Shown piece after piece: positions 17,058-26,331 of a stretch of 35,727 nucleotides of DNA; position 1 is the first letter of the stretch, and each line of letters begins with the position of its first letter. Made by a program: the position numbers and the translations under genes. Origin of the DNA: Eubacteriales bacterium. Lineage in GTDB: Bacteria > Bacillota > Clostridia > Oscillospirales > SIG627. The stretch is taken from assembly GCA_045544655.1 (NCBI GenBank), contig JAZPZL010000051.1, positions 1 through 35,727 of the forward strand, in the 5' to 3' direction. Below the pieces are notes generated by a model. That model saw only the letters and a list, made by a program, of their open reading frames with translations, was not told where the DNA came from and searched no databases.

Positions 17058-17867
17058 TCACTCGGAAGAGGAGCGGTATCGGGTGGGAGAAAGACCTGTG
17101 AAGCGGTGAAAGGTGCGGGAGAAATACAAGGGATCGGAAAAGCCAACTGCTCGGGAAATATCCCCGACGGAAAGATCGGTAAAACGCAGGAGATTCTTTG
17201 CTTTTTCCATACGGGTCTTCAAAATAAATTTTGCAGGCGGTATACCGACGTGCTTTGTGAAAAGCTTGGAAAAATAGTTGGGATGGAGAAATGCCCTTGC
17301 AGAAAGCAGTTCTACGGTGAGCTTTTCGTCGGAAAAGTGCCGCGCGATGTAATCCACTGCTTCGGAGACGGTTTTGTTCAGGGGTACGGCATTTTCGGAT
17401 TTTGAAACGGTCTCCAGAAGCTGATAAAGCAGAGAAAGGGCGGAAAGCTTGCTTTTCAAGTCTTCCTTCAGAGCAATGAAAAACAGCTCCTTGAGAATGT
17501 CTTCCGCCTCTTGGGGATTTTTCACCGCGGTGACGGGGTGAGAAGGGGAGAAGCCCATTAAGGGAAGAAGTTGGGCGGGCTGGGAGCCGGTCAGCGTGAC
17601 CCAGCGGATGCTCCAAGGCTTATTCGTGCTTGTGACGTACGAGACTCCGGAAGCAGGGTACATTACGTAAAAATCACCTTTTTTCAAGGGGATTCTTTTG
17701 CCCTCCGCAAAAAGCGTTGCAGTTCCCTCTACGACGTAGGTGAGAAGATAGGCATTTTGGGTATGGGTGTATCTGTGATTCAGAGAATTTTCTCGATTTC
17801 CGCAATATAGAAGATTCAGATCTCCCTGAAACCGAAAATGAAAAAAACGGTCCTGAAATGAATTCAT
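17058..17867 (-). CDS. AraC-family transcriptional regulator (cupin sensor plus HTH)
   Basis: C-terminal ...FSDPLYFSRTFHRFTGLSPTRYR is an AraC HTH. N-terminal cupin-like domain. ATG at 17867 has SD aggaggg. Confidence 0.85.
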   Translation of the reverse strand: MNSFQDRFFHFRFQGDLNLLYCGNRENSLNHRYTHTQNAYLLTYVVEGTATLFAEGKRIPLKKGDFYVMYPASGVSYVTSTNKPWSIRWVTLTGSQPAQLLPLMGFSPSHPVTAVKNPQEAEDILKELFFIALKEDLKSKLSALSLLYQLLETVSKSENAVPLNKTVSEAVDYIARHFSDEKLTVELLSARAFLHPNYFSKLFTKHVGIPPAKFILKTRMEKAKNLLRFTDLSVGDISRAVGFSDPLYFSRTFHRFTGLSPTRYRSSSE

Positions 17868-17976
17868 AAAATCCCTCCTGCCCAAGCATACCACGAAAAA
17901 GCGAATTTGTCCATATAAATATGAGATTTTGACCTTGAAAAGAAGAAAAGCTTCATATACAATTCTTTTGAGAGGA

Positions 17977-20196
17977 GTGATTTTTACGGATCGGAAAACA
18001 CTGACGTTGAAAATAAAAGAAATGGCAATGGAGCTTGGCGCGGATATGGTGGGCGTTGCTCCCGTATCCCGCTTTGACGGAATGCCTGCAATGCTTCGCC
18101 CCGCCGCCCATTTGCCCGAGGCAAAATCGGTGGTATGTCTGGGGATCCATCATCCCGACGCTTCCGTGGATTGGTGCGGTGAGCCCAATCCCAATTTTCC
18201 CGCCGCCTTTCAGATCGGTATGATCCCGAAATTGGACGCGATCTGCTTCCGTATGTGCAAATGGCTGGAGAAGGAGGGGTATCCCACGATCTGCCAGCCC
18301 TGTACTACCTATTGGAGACACCGCAAATATAAGGATATTCCCTACGAGCATACTGCCGCCTGGAATCATATGCCCGCCTTCGTTGCCGCGGGTCTGGGGG
18401 AATACGGCTATCACGGAATGGTCATGTCACCGGAATACGGTCCCCGACAGAGGATCATTTCCTTTATTACCTCTGCCGATCTGGAGCCGGACGAGCTGTA
18501 TCACGGCGATCCCTTGTGCGATCTCTGTCTTGGCTGTGCCAGGCATTGCGCAGGCCGGAACTATAAGACCTCTCGACTCAACGAGCCGAAATTTTTTGAT
18601 TTTACCATTGAGGATAAGCATTTCCGTTATCCCAATATCAATCGCTGGCGTTGCTTTTACGGCGAGCAGGCCCATCTGGATACCAATCTTTTGGCAGAGA
18701 TCGACGATATGGACGAGGAGAAGATCTACGAGTCGGTGGAAAAAGGCGTGCGCGTACCCAACCACGGGTATATGTGCAGCTCCTTCAAGCACTGTATGAC
18801 GCCGAAAAAGCGGTATTTGGATCCATCCTATACCCCGGGAGCCTTGCGGAAAAAGGAAAAGCGAGAAACTCCGAAGGAGGAGCTTCTCGCCAAGATCAAG
18901 GAGTTTTCTGTCTCTGCGGGCGCGGACCGTATCAGCATTCGCCCCCTTTCCGATTTTACGGAATGCAAGGGGAATATTGCGCCGGGCTTTCGCACAGAGC
19001 AGTTCTTTGATACCTTCAAAACGGTGATCACCGTAGGCAGAAAGACCAATCTTTTTACCATGGAGGACGATTTTAACCGCCGCAACCGCAAGCATCTGCA
19101 CGCGTCTATGGTAGACCGCCTTTCCTGTATGGCGATCGACGTGACACGTTTCCTGGACGATCTTGGCTACGAGGCGATTCAGGATTGGTCTGCAACCGGT
19201 TTTGCCCGCAAGGCATCCGTGGATGCGGGTTGGGAGAGTGAAGGAGAGCGGGTCGAGCTTTCTGCGGTGATCTGCAACGTCCCCTTCCAAGCTTGCACCG
19301 AAATACTGCGGGAGTGGAAGGATGACGTGGTTCCCACCCTTTCTCCCGATCTTCCCATGTTTAAAAATATGGACGTGGTTTCCGTTGGCTCTCTGGAGGG
19401 TGTGACTTACCCGGGAATGGATTTTATTCGGGAGAATTATCCCGGAATGAAGTCCATCGTGGTGCTTGGTGAAAGCCTGCCTGAGAGAGTGGTGGAATTG
19501 GCGGGAGCGCAGGAGGCGGAGGACGGCTCTGCTTACGCCTACGCCCATTACGAGATCCATAAGGAGAGCATCTGGGCCGGGGTGGATCTTTGCAGTACCC
19601 TTCAGGCAAAGGGCTACCGCGCCGTTGTTTTCGGTGATCTTGCCCACGACGTACCCGTTACTATCGGGAAATTCGGACGGCATATGCCCGATCTTCGTGG
19701 AAACGCGCCCTTTGCAGTTGCGGCGGGACTTGGCGTTTTGGGAAAGGGCGGAATGGTGGTGCATCCCGAATTCGGCCCCAGACTACGCTTTACCTTCGTT
19801 TTGACCGATGCGGAATTGACCCCGACCGAAACAAACCGTCAGACGCTTTGCCCCAAGGATTGCAGGGCTTGCGCCACTGCCTGTCCCATGGCGGCGCTCT
19901 TGGGAGAAACGGAGACCGTCGCGGTGCGGGAGGCGCTTTCCTTCCCCGTCTTTCGTCGGGATGAGACTCGCTGTGCCTGGGCGCGTTCGCTTGCTATGTG
20001 CGAGGGCGCAGGCTCCGGTCAGCTTGGCTGGAAGCTGCCCGAGATCCCGGTTCCGAAAAAATTGGACGAGGAAACGATCAAGCAGGTGGAGGAGCAAAAG
20101 GATAAGATCCAGACCCTTTGCTATCAGAATCCCCATTTCATTGATATTGTGATCGAACGCTGTCTGCAGAATTGTCCCTTAGGAAAGAAGAAGTAA
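17977..20196 (+). CDS. two-module QueG/reductive-dehalogenase-like iron-sulfur protein (start uncertain)
   Basis: Two tandem modules, each with the AAGLG.(Y/L)G..G(M)V..PE(Y/F)GPR.R pattern. Cys clusters CDLCLGCARHC and CPKDCRACATACP. Start candidates are TTG 17929, GTG 17977, TTG 18007 and ATG 18022. Confidence 0.6.
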   Translation: MIFTDRKTLTLKIKEMAMELGADMVGVAPVSRFDGMPAMLRPAAHLPEAKSVVCLGIHHPDASVDWCGEPNPNFPAAFQIGMIPKLDAICFRMCKWLEKEGYPTICQPCTTYWRHRKYKDIPYEHTAAWNHMPAFVAAGLGEYGYHGMVMSPEYGPRQRIISFITSADLEPDELYHGDPLCDLCLGCARHCAGRNYKTSRLNEPKFFDFTIEDKHFRYPNINRWRCFYGEQAHLDTNLLAEIDDMDEEKIYESVEKGVRVPNHGYMCSSFKHCMTPKKRYLDPSYTPGALRKKEKRETPKEELLAKIKEFSVSAGADRISIRPLSDFTECKGNIAPGFRTEQFFDTFKTVITVGRKTNLFTMEDDFNRRNRKHLHASMVDRLSCMAIDVTRFLDDLGYEAIQDWSATGFARKASVDAGWESEGERVELSAVICNVPFQACTEILREWKDDVVPTLSPDLPMFKNMDVVSVGSLEGVTYPGMDFIRENYPGMKSIVVLGESLPERVVELAGAQEAEDGSAYAYAHYEIHKESIWAGVDLCSTLQAKGYRAVVFGDLAHDVPVTIGKFGRHMPDLRGNAPFAVAAGLGVLGKGGMVVHPEFGPRLRFTFVLTDAELTPTETNRQTLCPKDCRACATACPMAALLGETETVAVREALSFPVFRRDETRCAWARSLAMCEGAGSGQLGWKLPEIPVPKKLDEETIKQVEEQKDKIQTLCYQNPHFIDIVIERCLQNCPLGKKK

Positions 20197-20236
20197 AAGA
20201 AAATGCCATTCGCAAGTTTGCGAATGGCATTTTGTG
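20197..20236. terminator. bidirectional intrinsic terminator
   Basis: atgccattcgcaa / ttgcgaatggcat, a 13-bp stem flanked by A- and T-runs between convergent genes. Confidence 0.75.
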
Positions 20237-20241
20237 CTTTG

Positions 20242-22458
20242 TCAGCGAAGCTTCATAAAGGTTTCAGACGCCATGTGGCGCATATCTGCGAAGTCCAGCT
20301 TTAATTCTTTTGCGGGAGTATTTCTCAGGTAGGCTTCCAGATCTGCGTAATACTGCATGGGGATGGTCTGGTTTCTTGCGTGAGAGGGGATCAGGTAATC
20401 CTCCTTGGTGTTTTCCAGAAGGGCGATGACCTCCAGGCGGAAGTTCTTCTGATCGGCGGCAAGATCTGCCATCTGTCCGATGATCGCCTCATCCTTGGAT
20501 TCGGCGTAATTTGCAGCCAGCTCGTCCAGATCCATCAGCGTGGTCCAGTCACGGAAAATGGCGGTGTAGAGCATCATTTCGTAGCGGTAGCGAAGTGCCA
20601 ATTCAGCGGAATCGGGATTTTCCTTGGCAACCTGATCGAAGAGCGCGGCGGCCTCTTCTACCTGCTGCAGCATCGCGCGAAGGTCGGCGCAGAATTCGGC
20701 ATCCTCGCGGAGTCTGGGCATCAGCTCACCGGGATAGTTTCTGGGATAATCCTTGCCGTCGAAGTAGTAAGAATAGCGGTAGTATACCAGGGAGCTGAAG
20801 ATCATTTCGCGGCGGTTGGAAAGGGTGTTCTTGGGATCCTGTGGATTGGTTTGACGGGTTACGTCATCCCAAAGATCAAACGCCGTCGTTGCCGCCTGGA
20901 TGGAATTGGGGAAGTAGCGGCGCACATAACGTGCCTTGGCGTCGTCCATGGAGCCGGTACCGCTGAAGTTCCAGGACCAATCTGCCTGAAGCTGGTTGGG
21001 TCTGTGGAAGGACTTGTCCCAAGAGGAGTAGGAACGCTTTGCTTCTGCATTTGCCGCGACTGCCATCTTGATCATGTGGTAAATGTTTCCAACGGGGTGG
21101 AATACGTGAGACCAATGGTAATAGCCGTTCCAAGGCTTGATGGAGCTACGGAAGCCAAGCTCGGGATGCAGATCGGAGAAGTGAAGCTTTTCGGGAACAT
21201 CGTTATAGGCCCACCAGTCTACGCAGGCAATGTCCAAAAGACCGTGCTTTGCCAGAGCTTCCTTCAGAAGGGGAGAGTGGTCGGCGGGATCGGGCTTCAG
21301 CTTGGTCCTATGCTCCACCACCATATCGTTGTACATATAAACGGTCTTGACACCGCGGGAATGCAGATGCTTCATCAGCTTTGCCGCGTGCTCGAAGAAG
21401 ATCTCCTGACGGGTCTTTGCCTTGCAGACGGGGCACTGGCACCAAGCGTTGTGACGGTGGGTAATATCGTTGGGGTCTACGGCGAATTCATTGCGGATCT
21501 CGTCCATACCGATGTCGAAGGACTCAATGGGATTATCGGGGGTGCTGTAACGGTCAATGATCTGATCGTACAGATCGAAAAGGATTTCGTAGGTCTTAGG
21601 CTCTGCGGTGCAGAAGCCGGTATTGGAGGGATTGCCGTTTTCATCCTTCGCGGAAACCTCGGGATACAGTCTGGGGATCAAAGTATTATGTCCCAGAGAG
21701 TTGAACATGGGAATGACCTCTACGCCCCGCTCCTTGCCGTAAGCGCGCAGCTCGCCGAAGAAGTCCTTCTCCGCCATAGGAGTGCCTACCTTGTCAAATA
21801 CGTAGTCACCCTTTTTGGGAGAGTAGTATTTCTTGTAAACGGGGGTCTTCAGATCCTCGTAGCCCTTGAAGGGAAGGAATACGTATTCGCTGATACGCTT
21901 GTCGTACTGCATGTTCCAGCAGCCGTAAACGGAAACGGTGAGTTGATTTTCCTTTACGTCTACCATTGCGTCCACTACCTGCTTCCAGTCCTCAAGCTCC
22001 ATCAGGTCGGTGCCGAAACGGGTCTCGACGAAGTGACCGCGCTTTTGCAGCTCGGGATAGTCCAGAAGATCAAAAGCGGGAAGGGTAAAGGCGCCGTCTT
22101 CTGCTTTCAGGATCTGAAGCAGAGTGGTAACGGCGTAGTATGCGCCTGCCTCGCCAAAGGCACTCAGTACGATCTCGCCCTCTTCTGCGTGGATGGCGTA
22201 GCCCTGATCGGGGTTCTTTACACCCTCGGGGGCATTGGCTCCCTCCAGCGTGATGACAAGGGCGGCATCGGTGCTTTCTTCACAGCCGAGACGCTCCTTC
22301 AGCTCCGCTTTCAGGCGGGTAACTGCCTTTTCCAAAGAAAAGGGGGCTGCCTTTTGTGCAATACGGTAGGATACCGCGCCGAAAGCGCCGAGAGAAAGGG
22401 TCTTCTCGGAAACGTTCAGCTTTTGGGGGGTGGGAATGATGCGATCGGATAACTTCAT
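20242..22458 (-). CDS. glycoside hydrolase family 20-like protein (beta-N-acetylhexosaminidase-like), cytoplasmic
   Basis: N-terminal IIPTPQK...GYAIHAEEGEIVLSA..EAGAYYAVTTLLQIL...LLDYPELQKRGHF is a GH20b-type domain. IPMFNSLGHN and DIGMDE resemble the PGH and GGDE catalytic motifs. No signal peptide. SD gagaggag. Confidence 0.65.
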   Translation of the reverse strand: MKLSDRIIPTPQKLNVSEKTLSLGAFGAVSYRIAQKAAPFSLEKAVTRLKAELKERLGCEESTDAALVITLEGANAPEGVKNPDQGYAIHAEEGEIVLSAFGEAGAYYAVTTLLQILKAEDGAFTLPAFDLLDYPELQKRGHFVETRFGTDLMELEDWKQVVDAMVDVKENQLTVSVYGCWNMQYDKRISEYVFLPFKGYEDLKTPVYKKYYSPKKGDYVFDKVGTPMAEKDFFGELRAYGKERGVEVIPMFNSLGHNTLIPRLYPEVSAKDENGNPSNTGFCTAEPKTYEILFDLYDQIIDRYSTPDNPIESFDIGMDEIRNEFAVDPNDITHRHNAWCQCPVCKAKTRQEIFFEHAAKLMKHLHSRGVKTVYMYNDMVVEHRTKLKPDPADHSPLLKEALAKHGLLDIACVDWWAYNDVPEKLHFSDLHPELGFRSSIKPWNGYYHWSHVFHPVGNIYHMIKMAVAANAEAKRSYSSWDKSFHRPNQLQADWSWNFSGTGSMDDAKARYVRRYFPNSIQAATTAFDLWDDVTRQTNPQDPKNTLSNRREMIFSSLVYYRYSYYFDGKDYPRNYPGELMPRLREDAEFCADLRAMLQQVEEAAALFDQVAKENPDSAELALRYRYEMMLYTAIFRDWTTLMDLDELAANYAESKDEAIIGQMADLAADQKNFRLEVIALLENTKEDYLIPSHARNQTIPMQYYADLEAYLRNTPAKELKLDFADMRHMASETFMKLR

Positions 22459-22480
22459 AATACGCTCCTCTCAAAAATGC

Positions 22481-23731
22481 TTATTCTTCTGCCATGGGCA
22501 GAGTTGCGCCGCCGTAGGGCATTGCCAGAACGGTGGCGTTATCGCCGTATTTTTTCATTGCGCAGTCAAAGGCCTCCTGCGCCGAGGCAAAGGGGGTCAG
22601 GAAAATGCTTCGGACGAACTCGGGATCCATTTCGGATACGAAATAAATATCCGCATCCTCCAGAACCATACCGATGGCGGCAGCCTTGTGACCGCCCAAT
22701 TCAAACTCCTTGTGAATGCGCTCCACCATGGAATGCGCCGTGGGGGCAGAGGTGAGCCAGGACTCAAACTTCTTGCTGCCCATTCCTTCGGGACAAGCTC
22801 CGATGAGAATGATGGTGCCGCCCTTTTTTACCGCGTGCTTGGCATTGTCCAGAGCCTTTTGAGTCTGATACAGATTGGCGTCCTTGGGTGCGCCGCCTTG
22901 AGAGACCAGAACGATGTCCGCCCGTGCCTTCAGGGGCTTGCGGTACATTCTGTCCAGATAACGGCAACCGTCGCGGTGAGCTTCGGTCACGTCGCCCGCT
23001 ACGCAGTAAACGATGTTTTTATGCTCGTCCAGTACCGCGTTGACGATGTAATCCACGCCGCAAATTGCGCCCGCTTCCTCAATGTCCTCGCGGATGGGGT
23101 TTCCCTCCAGCTTGCCTGCGTGGGCATCGGGGGAGACCATCATACGGTGGTTTGCCTGAATGGCCTCGGGAGTGGAAACACCGGGCATAATGGCCTTTGC
23201 GCCGCCGGAATATCCTGCAAAATAGTGAAATTCAATGTTTCCGAGACAGATTCGGAAATCTGCTTCCGCAACGACCCGTGAAATGTCCACGGGAGTGCCG
23301 CTTTTGGTCGTACCGAGATGAATGCAGTCCTCGGGAGTGGAGTCGATACAGCGAACGCGCCGGTACGCCTCCTTGCCGCAAAGGGCGATCTTTTCCTCCT
23401 CGGTGTGCTTTCGGTGCGAGCCGAGGGCGAGAACCACGGTAATATCCTCTTCTTTTGCGCCCGCCTGCGCCAACTCGTCCAAAAGGGAGGGGAGGATGCG
23501 GTAGCTGGGCAAAGGTCGGGAAATATCGCTGGTGACGATGGCGATCCTTTTCCCTTTGAGGTCGTAGGTGGAAAGTCTTTCCTTTCCGATGGGGTTTGCC
23601 AAGGCGAAGCGCACCGCTTCCTCGTCGCGGTGCTTGTGTTCGATCTCGTTGGAAACGAGCACGTCCATCAGATTCTTCTCATCCAGAAGAACCTCCTGTA
23701 CGCCTTTTCCGTAGCCGAATTCCAATTTCAT
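22481..23731 (-). CDS. larA: LarA-family nickel-pincer-dependent 2-hydroxyacid racemase/epimerase
   Basis: KRIAIVTSDISRPLPS...LALGSHRKHTEEE...FHYFAGYSGGAKAIMPG is the LarA (DUF2088) pattern. 416 aa. Confidence 0.75.
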   Translation of the reverse strand: MKLEFGYGKGVQEVLLDEKNLMDVLVSNEIEHKHRDEEAVRFALANPIGKERLSTYDLKGKRIAIVTSDISRPLPSYRILPSLLDELAQAGAKEEDITVVLALGSHRKHTEEEKIALCGKEAYRRVRCIDSTPEDCIHLGTTKSGTPVDISRVVAEADFRICLGNIEFHYFAGYSGGAKAIMPGVSTPEAIQANHRMMVSPDAHAGKLEGNPIREDIEEAGAICGVDYIVNAVLDEHKNIVYCVAGDVTEAHRDGCRYLDRMYRKPLKARADIVLVSQGGAPKDANLYQTQKALDNAKHAVKKGGTIILIGACPEGMGSKKFESWLTSAPTAHSMVERIHKEFELGGHKAAAIGMVLEDADIYFVSEMDPEFVRSIFLTPFASAQEAFDCAMKKYGDNATVLAMPYGGATLPMAEE

Positions 23732-23747
23732 AGCAGTTTCCTTTCGT

Positions 23748-24482
23748 TTAACGCTGGATCCCCAGATCCTCTAAGGTCAGGGAAGAATAATCCTCTTCCC
23801 CTTCATCTTCTTTTTCCTCTTCCGGAACGGTTTCCGTCTTGCTCGTTTCCCGCACGGTCTCTTCCTTGACGGGGATCATCCGAAGCCCCAGAGACAAGGC
23901 GTAAAAGACGTAATACAAAAAAGGAGAAATGGCAAAAAAAGAGTATCGGAAATAAGAGGTATGCCCCATGGGAAGGAGCTGAGAAAAGTAAAAGAAGGAG
24001 TACTTTTCCTGAAAGAGAGCGGACAAAACCAGGAGCAAAAGCTCGATCCCCAAGTAGGAGAAGATCATAACGGGCGCGATCTTTTCCGCATCGGGAAAAA
24101 AGGCGGCGAAGGCGGAAAATACGCCGATGAGAAGGATTCCCAGCATCGTCACGAACAGAGTGCCGTGGGTCTTTTCTTCAAAAAAGGACGGAATGCGCAG
24201 GATCGCGTACAGCGTCATGGGCAGGCAGGAAAGAAGAATGCCGATTCGCCTCGTTTTTTCCGTAAAGAATAGGGACGCGAGAAGGAGAAAAAAGGGCGCC
24301 GCCATCCAAACGCAGTCTGCGACGGTGCTTAAAACACCGCTGTTTACTCCGACGGGGATCTCAAAGCCCGTCTCAAAGCCCTTGGCATCGGAATGCCAGG
24401 CAAGGGTAAAAAAGGTGAAAAAGAGCATCCCCACCGCGCAAACGGCGGAAAGAGAGAGGAGGATGCGACGGAGTGATCTCAT
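23748..24482 (-). CDS. multi-pass membrane protein with acidic C-terminal tail, unknown function
   Basis: About six hydrophobic segments. C-terminal tail EEEKEDEGEEDYSSLTLEDL. SD aaagggga. 16 nt upstream of larA. Confidence 0.55.
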   Translation of the reverse strand: MRSLRRILLSLSAVCAVGMLFFTFFTLAWHSDAKGFETGFEIPVGVNSGVLSTVADCVWMAAPFFLLLASLFFTEKTRRIGILLSCLPMTLYAILRIPSFFEEKTHGTLFVTMLGILLIGVFSAFAAFFPDAEKIAPVMIFSYLGIELLLLVLSALFQEKYSFFYFSQLLPMGHTSYFRYSFFAISPFLYYVFYALSLGLRMIPVKEETVRETSKTETVPEEEKEDEGEEDYSSLTLEDLGIQR

Positions 24483-24512
24483 AGAACTTCCCCTTTGATT
24501 TTTCTTGAAAAT

Positions 24513-24541
24513 ATCATAGCATAAAGCACTTTTTTTATCAA
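24513..24541 (-). promoter_or_regulatory. sigma-A promoter for the membrane protein/larA/GH20-like operon
   Basis: Minus strand reads TTGATA, 17-nt spacer, TGcTATGAT. Confidence 0.5.
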
Positions 24542-24568
24542 GGCAATTTTGCTTTTTTCACAAGTTTT

Positions 24569-25351
24569 TCAATTCCTTGCGCCGGGTGCCTCGCCAAAGC
24601 GTTTTTTATAGGCGCGGAAGAAGGTGGTGTAGTCCTTAAATCCGCAAAGAGGCGGGACCTCGGTGGGCTTTTTTCCCTGCTCCAAAAGCTCCTTGGCGAA
24701 ATACAATCGCTTGATGGTGATGTATTGCCACACCGTGGTACCGGTGGCGGCGCGGAAAATTCGGTTCAGGTGGGTTTGGCTCAGATAAAAACGGGAGGAA
24801 AGCTCCTCCAGGGAAAGCTCCTCGGACAAATGCTTGTTGATGTAGGATACGATGGCGGAGGCCCGGTCCGTCACCGCAGAGGCGGGGTTTTCCTTTAAGG
24901 TTTCAAAGGCGTTTTTGATTTCCGCCAGAAGGGGAAGTAGGTATAAAAGCTTTTCCTCCTCCTTTGCACTGCAGATCCGCTCCAGATCCTGCTTGAAGGC
25001 GTGGGAGGAGAAGTGGGCGGCGGGATAGTGATTCAAAGTCCCCAGGGAACGGTCCTGAAAGGGGGCAAGGAGACTCGTCATTCCCAAATGGGAAAGCAAG
25101 GGGGAAATGTCGAAATTGACGTGCATCCTCTCGTAGGGGGCGGCGGAGCGAAGACGGAACATATGCACCTCTCCCTTCCGCATCAAAAGCAGATCCCCGG
25201 GATGGAGATGGTAGCGGGTCGCTTCCACCAAAAAATCCGCATCGCCGGAAAGAAGGTAATACACCTCGTAATTATCGTGGCTATGCATTTTTCTTTCCTC
25301 CAGTGAGGGGTTTTGCGTGTGCTCACGGGCACAGACGATCGTTTCTGCCAT
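24569..25351 (-). CDS. AraC-family transcriptional regulator (cupin plus HTH)
   Basis: HSHDNYEVYYLLSGDADF cupin. C-terminal GFKDYTTFFRAYKKRFGEAP is an AraC HTH. Start is either ATG 25351 or ATG 25288 (the latter has SD ggaggaaag). The listed 589-aa ORF to 26338 is antisense read-through of the HAD gene. Confidence 0.8.
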   Translation of the reverse strand: MAETIVCAREHTQNPSLEERKMHSHDNYEVYYLLSGDADFLVEATRYHLHPGDLLLMRKGEVHMFRLRSAAPYERMHVNFDISPLLSHLGMTSLLAPFQDRSLGTLNHYPAAHFSSHAFKQDLERICSAKEEEKLLYLLPLLAEIKNAFETLKENPASAVTDRASAIVSYINKHLSEELSLEELSSRFYLSQTHLNRIFRAATGTTVWQYITIKRLYFAKELLEQGKKPTEVPPLCGFKDYTTFFRAYKKRFGEAPGARN

Positions 25352-25424
25352 CCTTTCACATCCTTTCTCTCTGATTTTAGCAGAAAAAGTATAAAATTGC
25401 AATGTTTTTCCTTTATTTTTGTAA

Positions 25425-25453
25425 TTGATTGTAAATATCTTTATTGCTATAAT
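25425..25453 (+). promoter_or_regulatory. sigma-A promoter for the HAD hydrolase pair
   Basis: TTGATT (25425-25430), 17-nt spacer, TATAAT (25448-25453). Confidence 0.6.
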
Positions 25454-25486
25454 AAAGTCATAAGAAAATTGGAGGATTATGTTTCT

Positions 25487-26320
25487 ATGAAAATTCGTGC
25501 AATTCTGATGGATATGGACGGAACCGTTCTCGGCAACAGCCAGGTAGCGATTTCCGAACGTAATATGAGAGCGATCTACAAGGCAATGGAAAAGGGGATT
25601 CACGTGATCCCCTGCACCGGCAGAACCTTTAACTGTATGCCTCCCCAGCTTTTGACCCTGCCCGGTCTCCGCTATTTTATCACCTCTCACGGCGCAAGAG
25701 CCTACGACCGTGAAACCGGTGAAACCATTTACGAGGATCTGATCCCCTGCGATCAGGCTGTTGAGCTTCTGGAGATTCTGGAGGGACACGGCCTGTTCAA
25801 CGAGATCGCAGCAGACAAGATCGTACATATGGAAAAGACGATGGTGGACCCCATTGATTGGTCTCTGGTTCCCGAGCATCATCTGTGGTATATGCGTGAC
25901 GGCAGATACGTGACCGTTGAAAAGCCCTCCGAATACTTCCGCAAAAACGGTCTTGGCGTTGAGAAGATGAACATCTACAACATTCCCGAAAAGTATCAGC
26001 AGGAAATGTACGACCGCGTAACTGCGACCGGTTACATTTATCATCCGAAGCCCGGTGCCGCTCTGCATATGGAGTTTTTGCACAAGGGGCTGGATAAGCT
26101 TTGCGCCGTAAAAGAGGTTCTGGGCCGTCTGGGCGTTTCCTTTGAGGAGACCCTTGCCATCGGTGACAGCGTCAGCGATCTTGCCATCATCAAGGCGTGC
26201 GGCGTGGGCGTTGCCATGGGCAATGCGCCTGAGGATATTCAGGCTACCGCAGACTTCGTAACCTTGCCCAACTCCGAGGACGGCGTTGGCGTGGCGTTTG
26301 AAAAGTTTTTGGAACTGTAA
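25487..26320 (+). CDS. Cof-type HAD-IIB family hydrolase (sugar-phosphate phosphatase-like)
   Basis: MKIRAILMDMDGTVL is the DxDGT motif. C-terminal AIGDSVSDLAIIKACGVGVAMGNA. SD ggagga 10 nt upstream of ATG 25487. Confidence 0.85.
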   Translation: MKIRAILMDMDGTVLGNSQVAISERNMRAIYKAMEKGIHVIPCTGRTFNCMPPQLLTLPGLRYFITSHGARAYDRETGETIYEDLIPCDQAVELLEILEGHGLFNEIAADKIVHMEKTMVDPIDWSLVPEHHLWYMRDGRYVTVEKPSEYFRKNGLGVEKMNIYNIPEKYQQEMYDRVTATGYIYHPKPGAALHMEFLHKGLDKLCAVKEVLGRLGVSFEETLAIGDSVSDLAIIKACGVGVAMGNAPEDIQATADFVTLPNSEDGVGVAFEKFLEL

Positions 26321-26331
26321 GGAGAGAAAAA

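Noticed and set aside
14091-17146. Long minus-strand ORFs (14091..15206, 15584..17146; likewise 12903..13496 and 18427..19764)
   Set aside because: They lie antisense to the ceramidase-like paralogs and the Fe-S protein. They show the same stop-poor antisense composition, with no SD and no motifs.
17929-17976. TTG 17929 as the start of the Fe-S protein
   Set aside because: It has no SD and coincides with a -35-like TTGACC in the divergent promoter region. A downstream start is more likely, but the exact codon is unresolved.
20380-22452. 690-aa + strand ORF opposite the GH20-like gene (and 22430..23281 opposite larA)
   Set aside because: The minus-strand products have recognisable family motifs and SD sites. 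The + strand translations are G/V/L-rich with no motifs.
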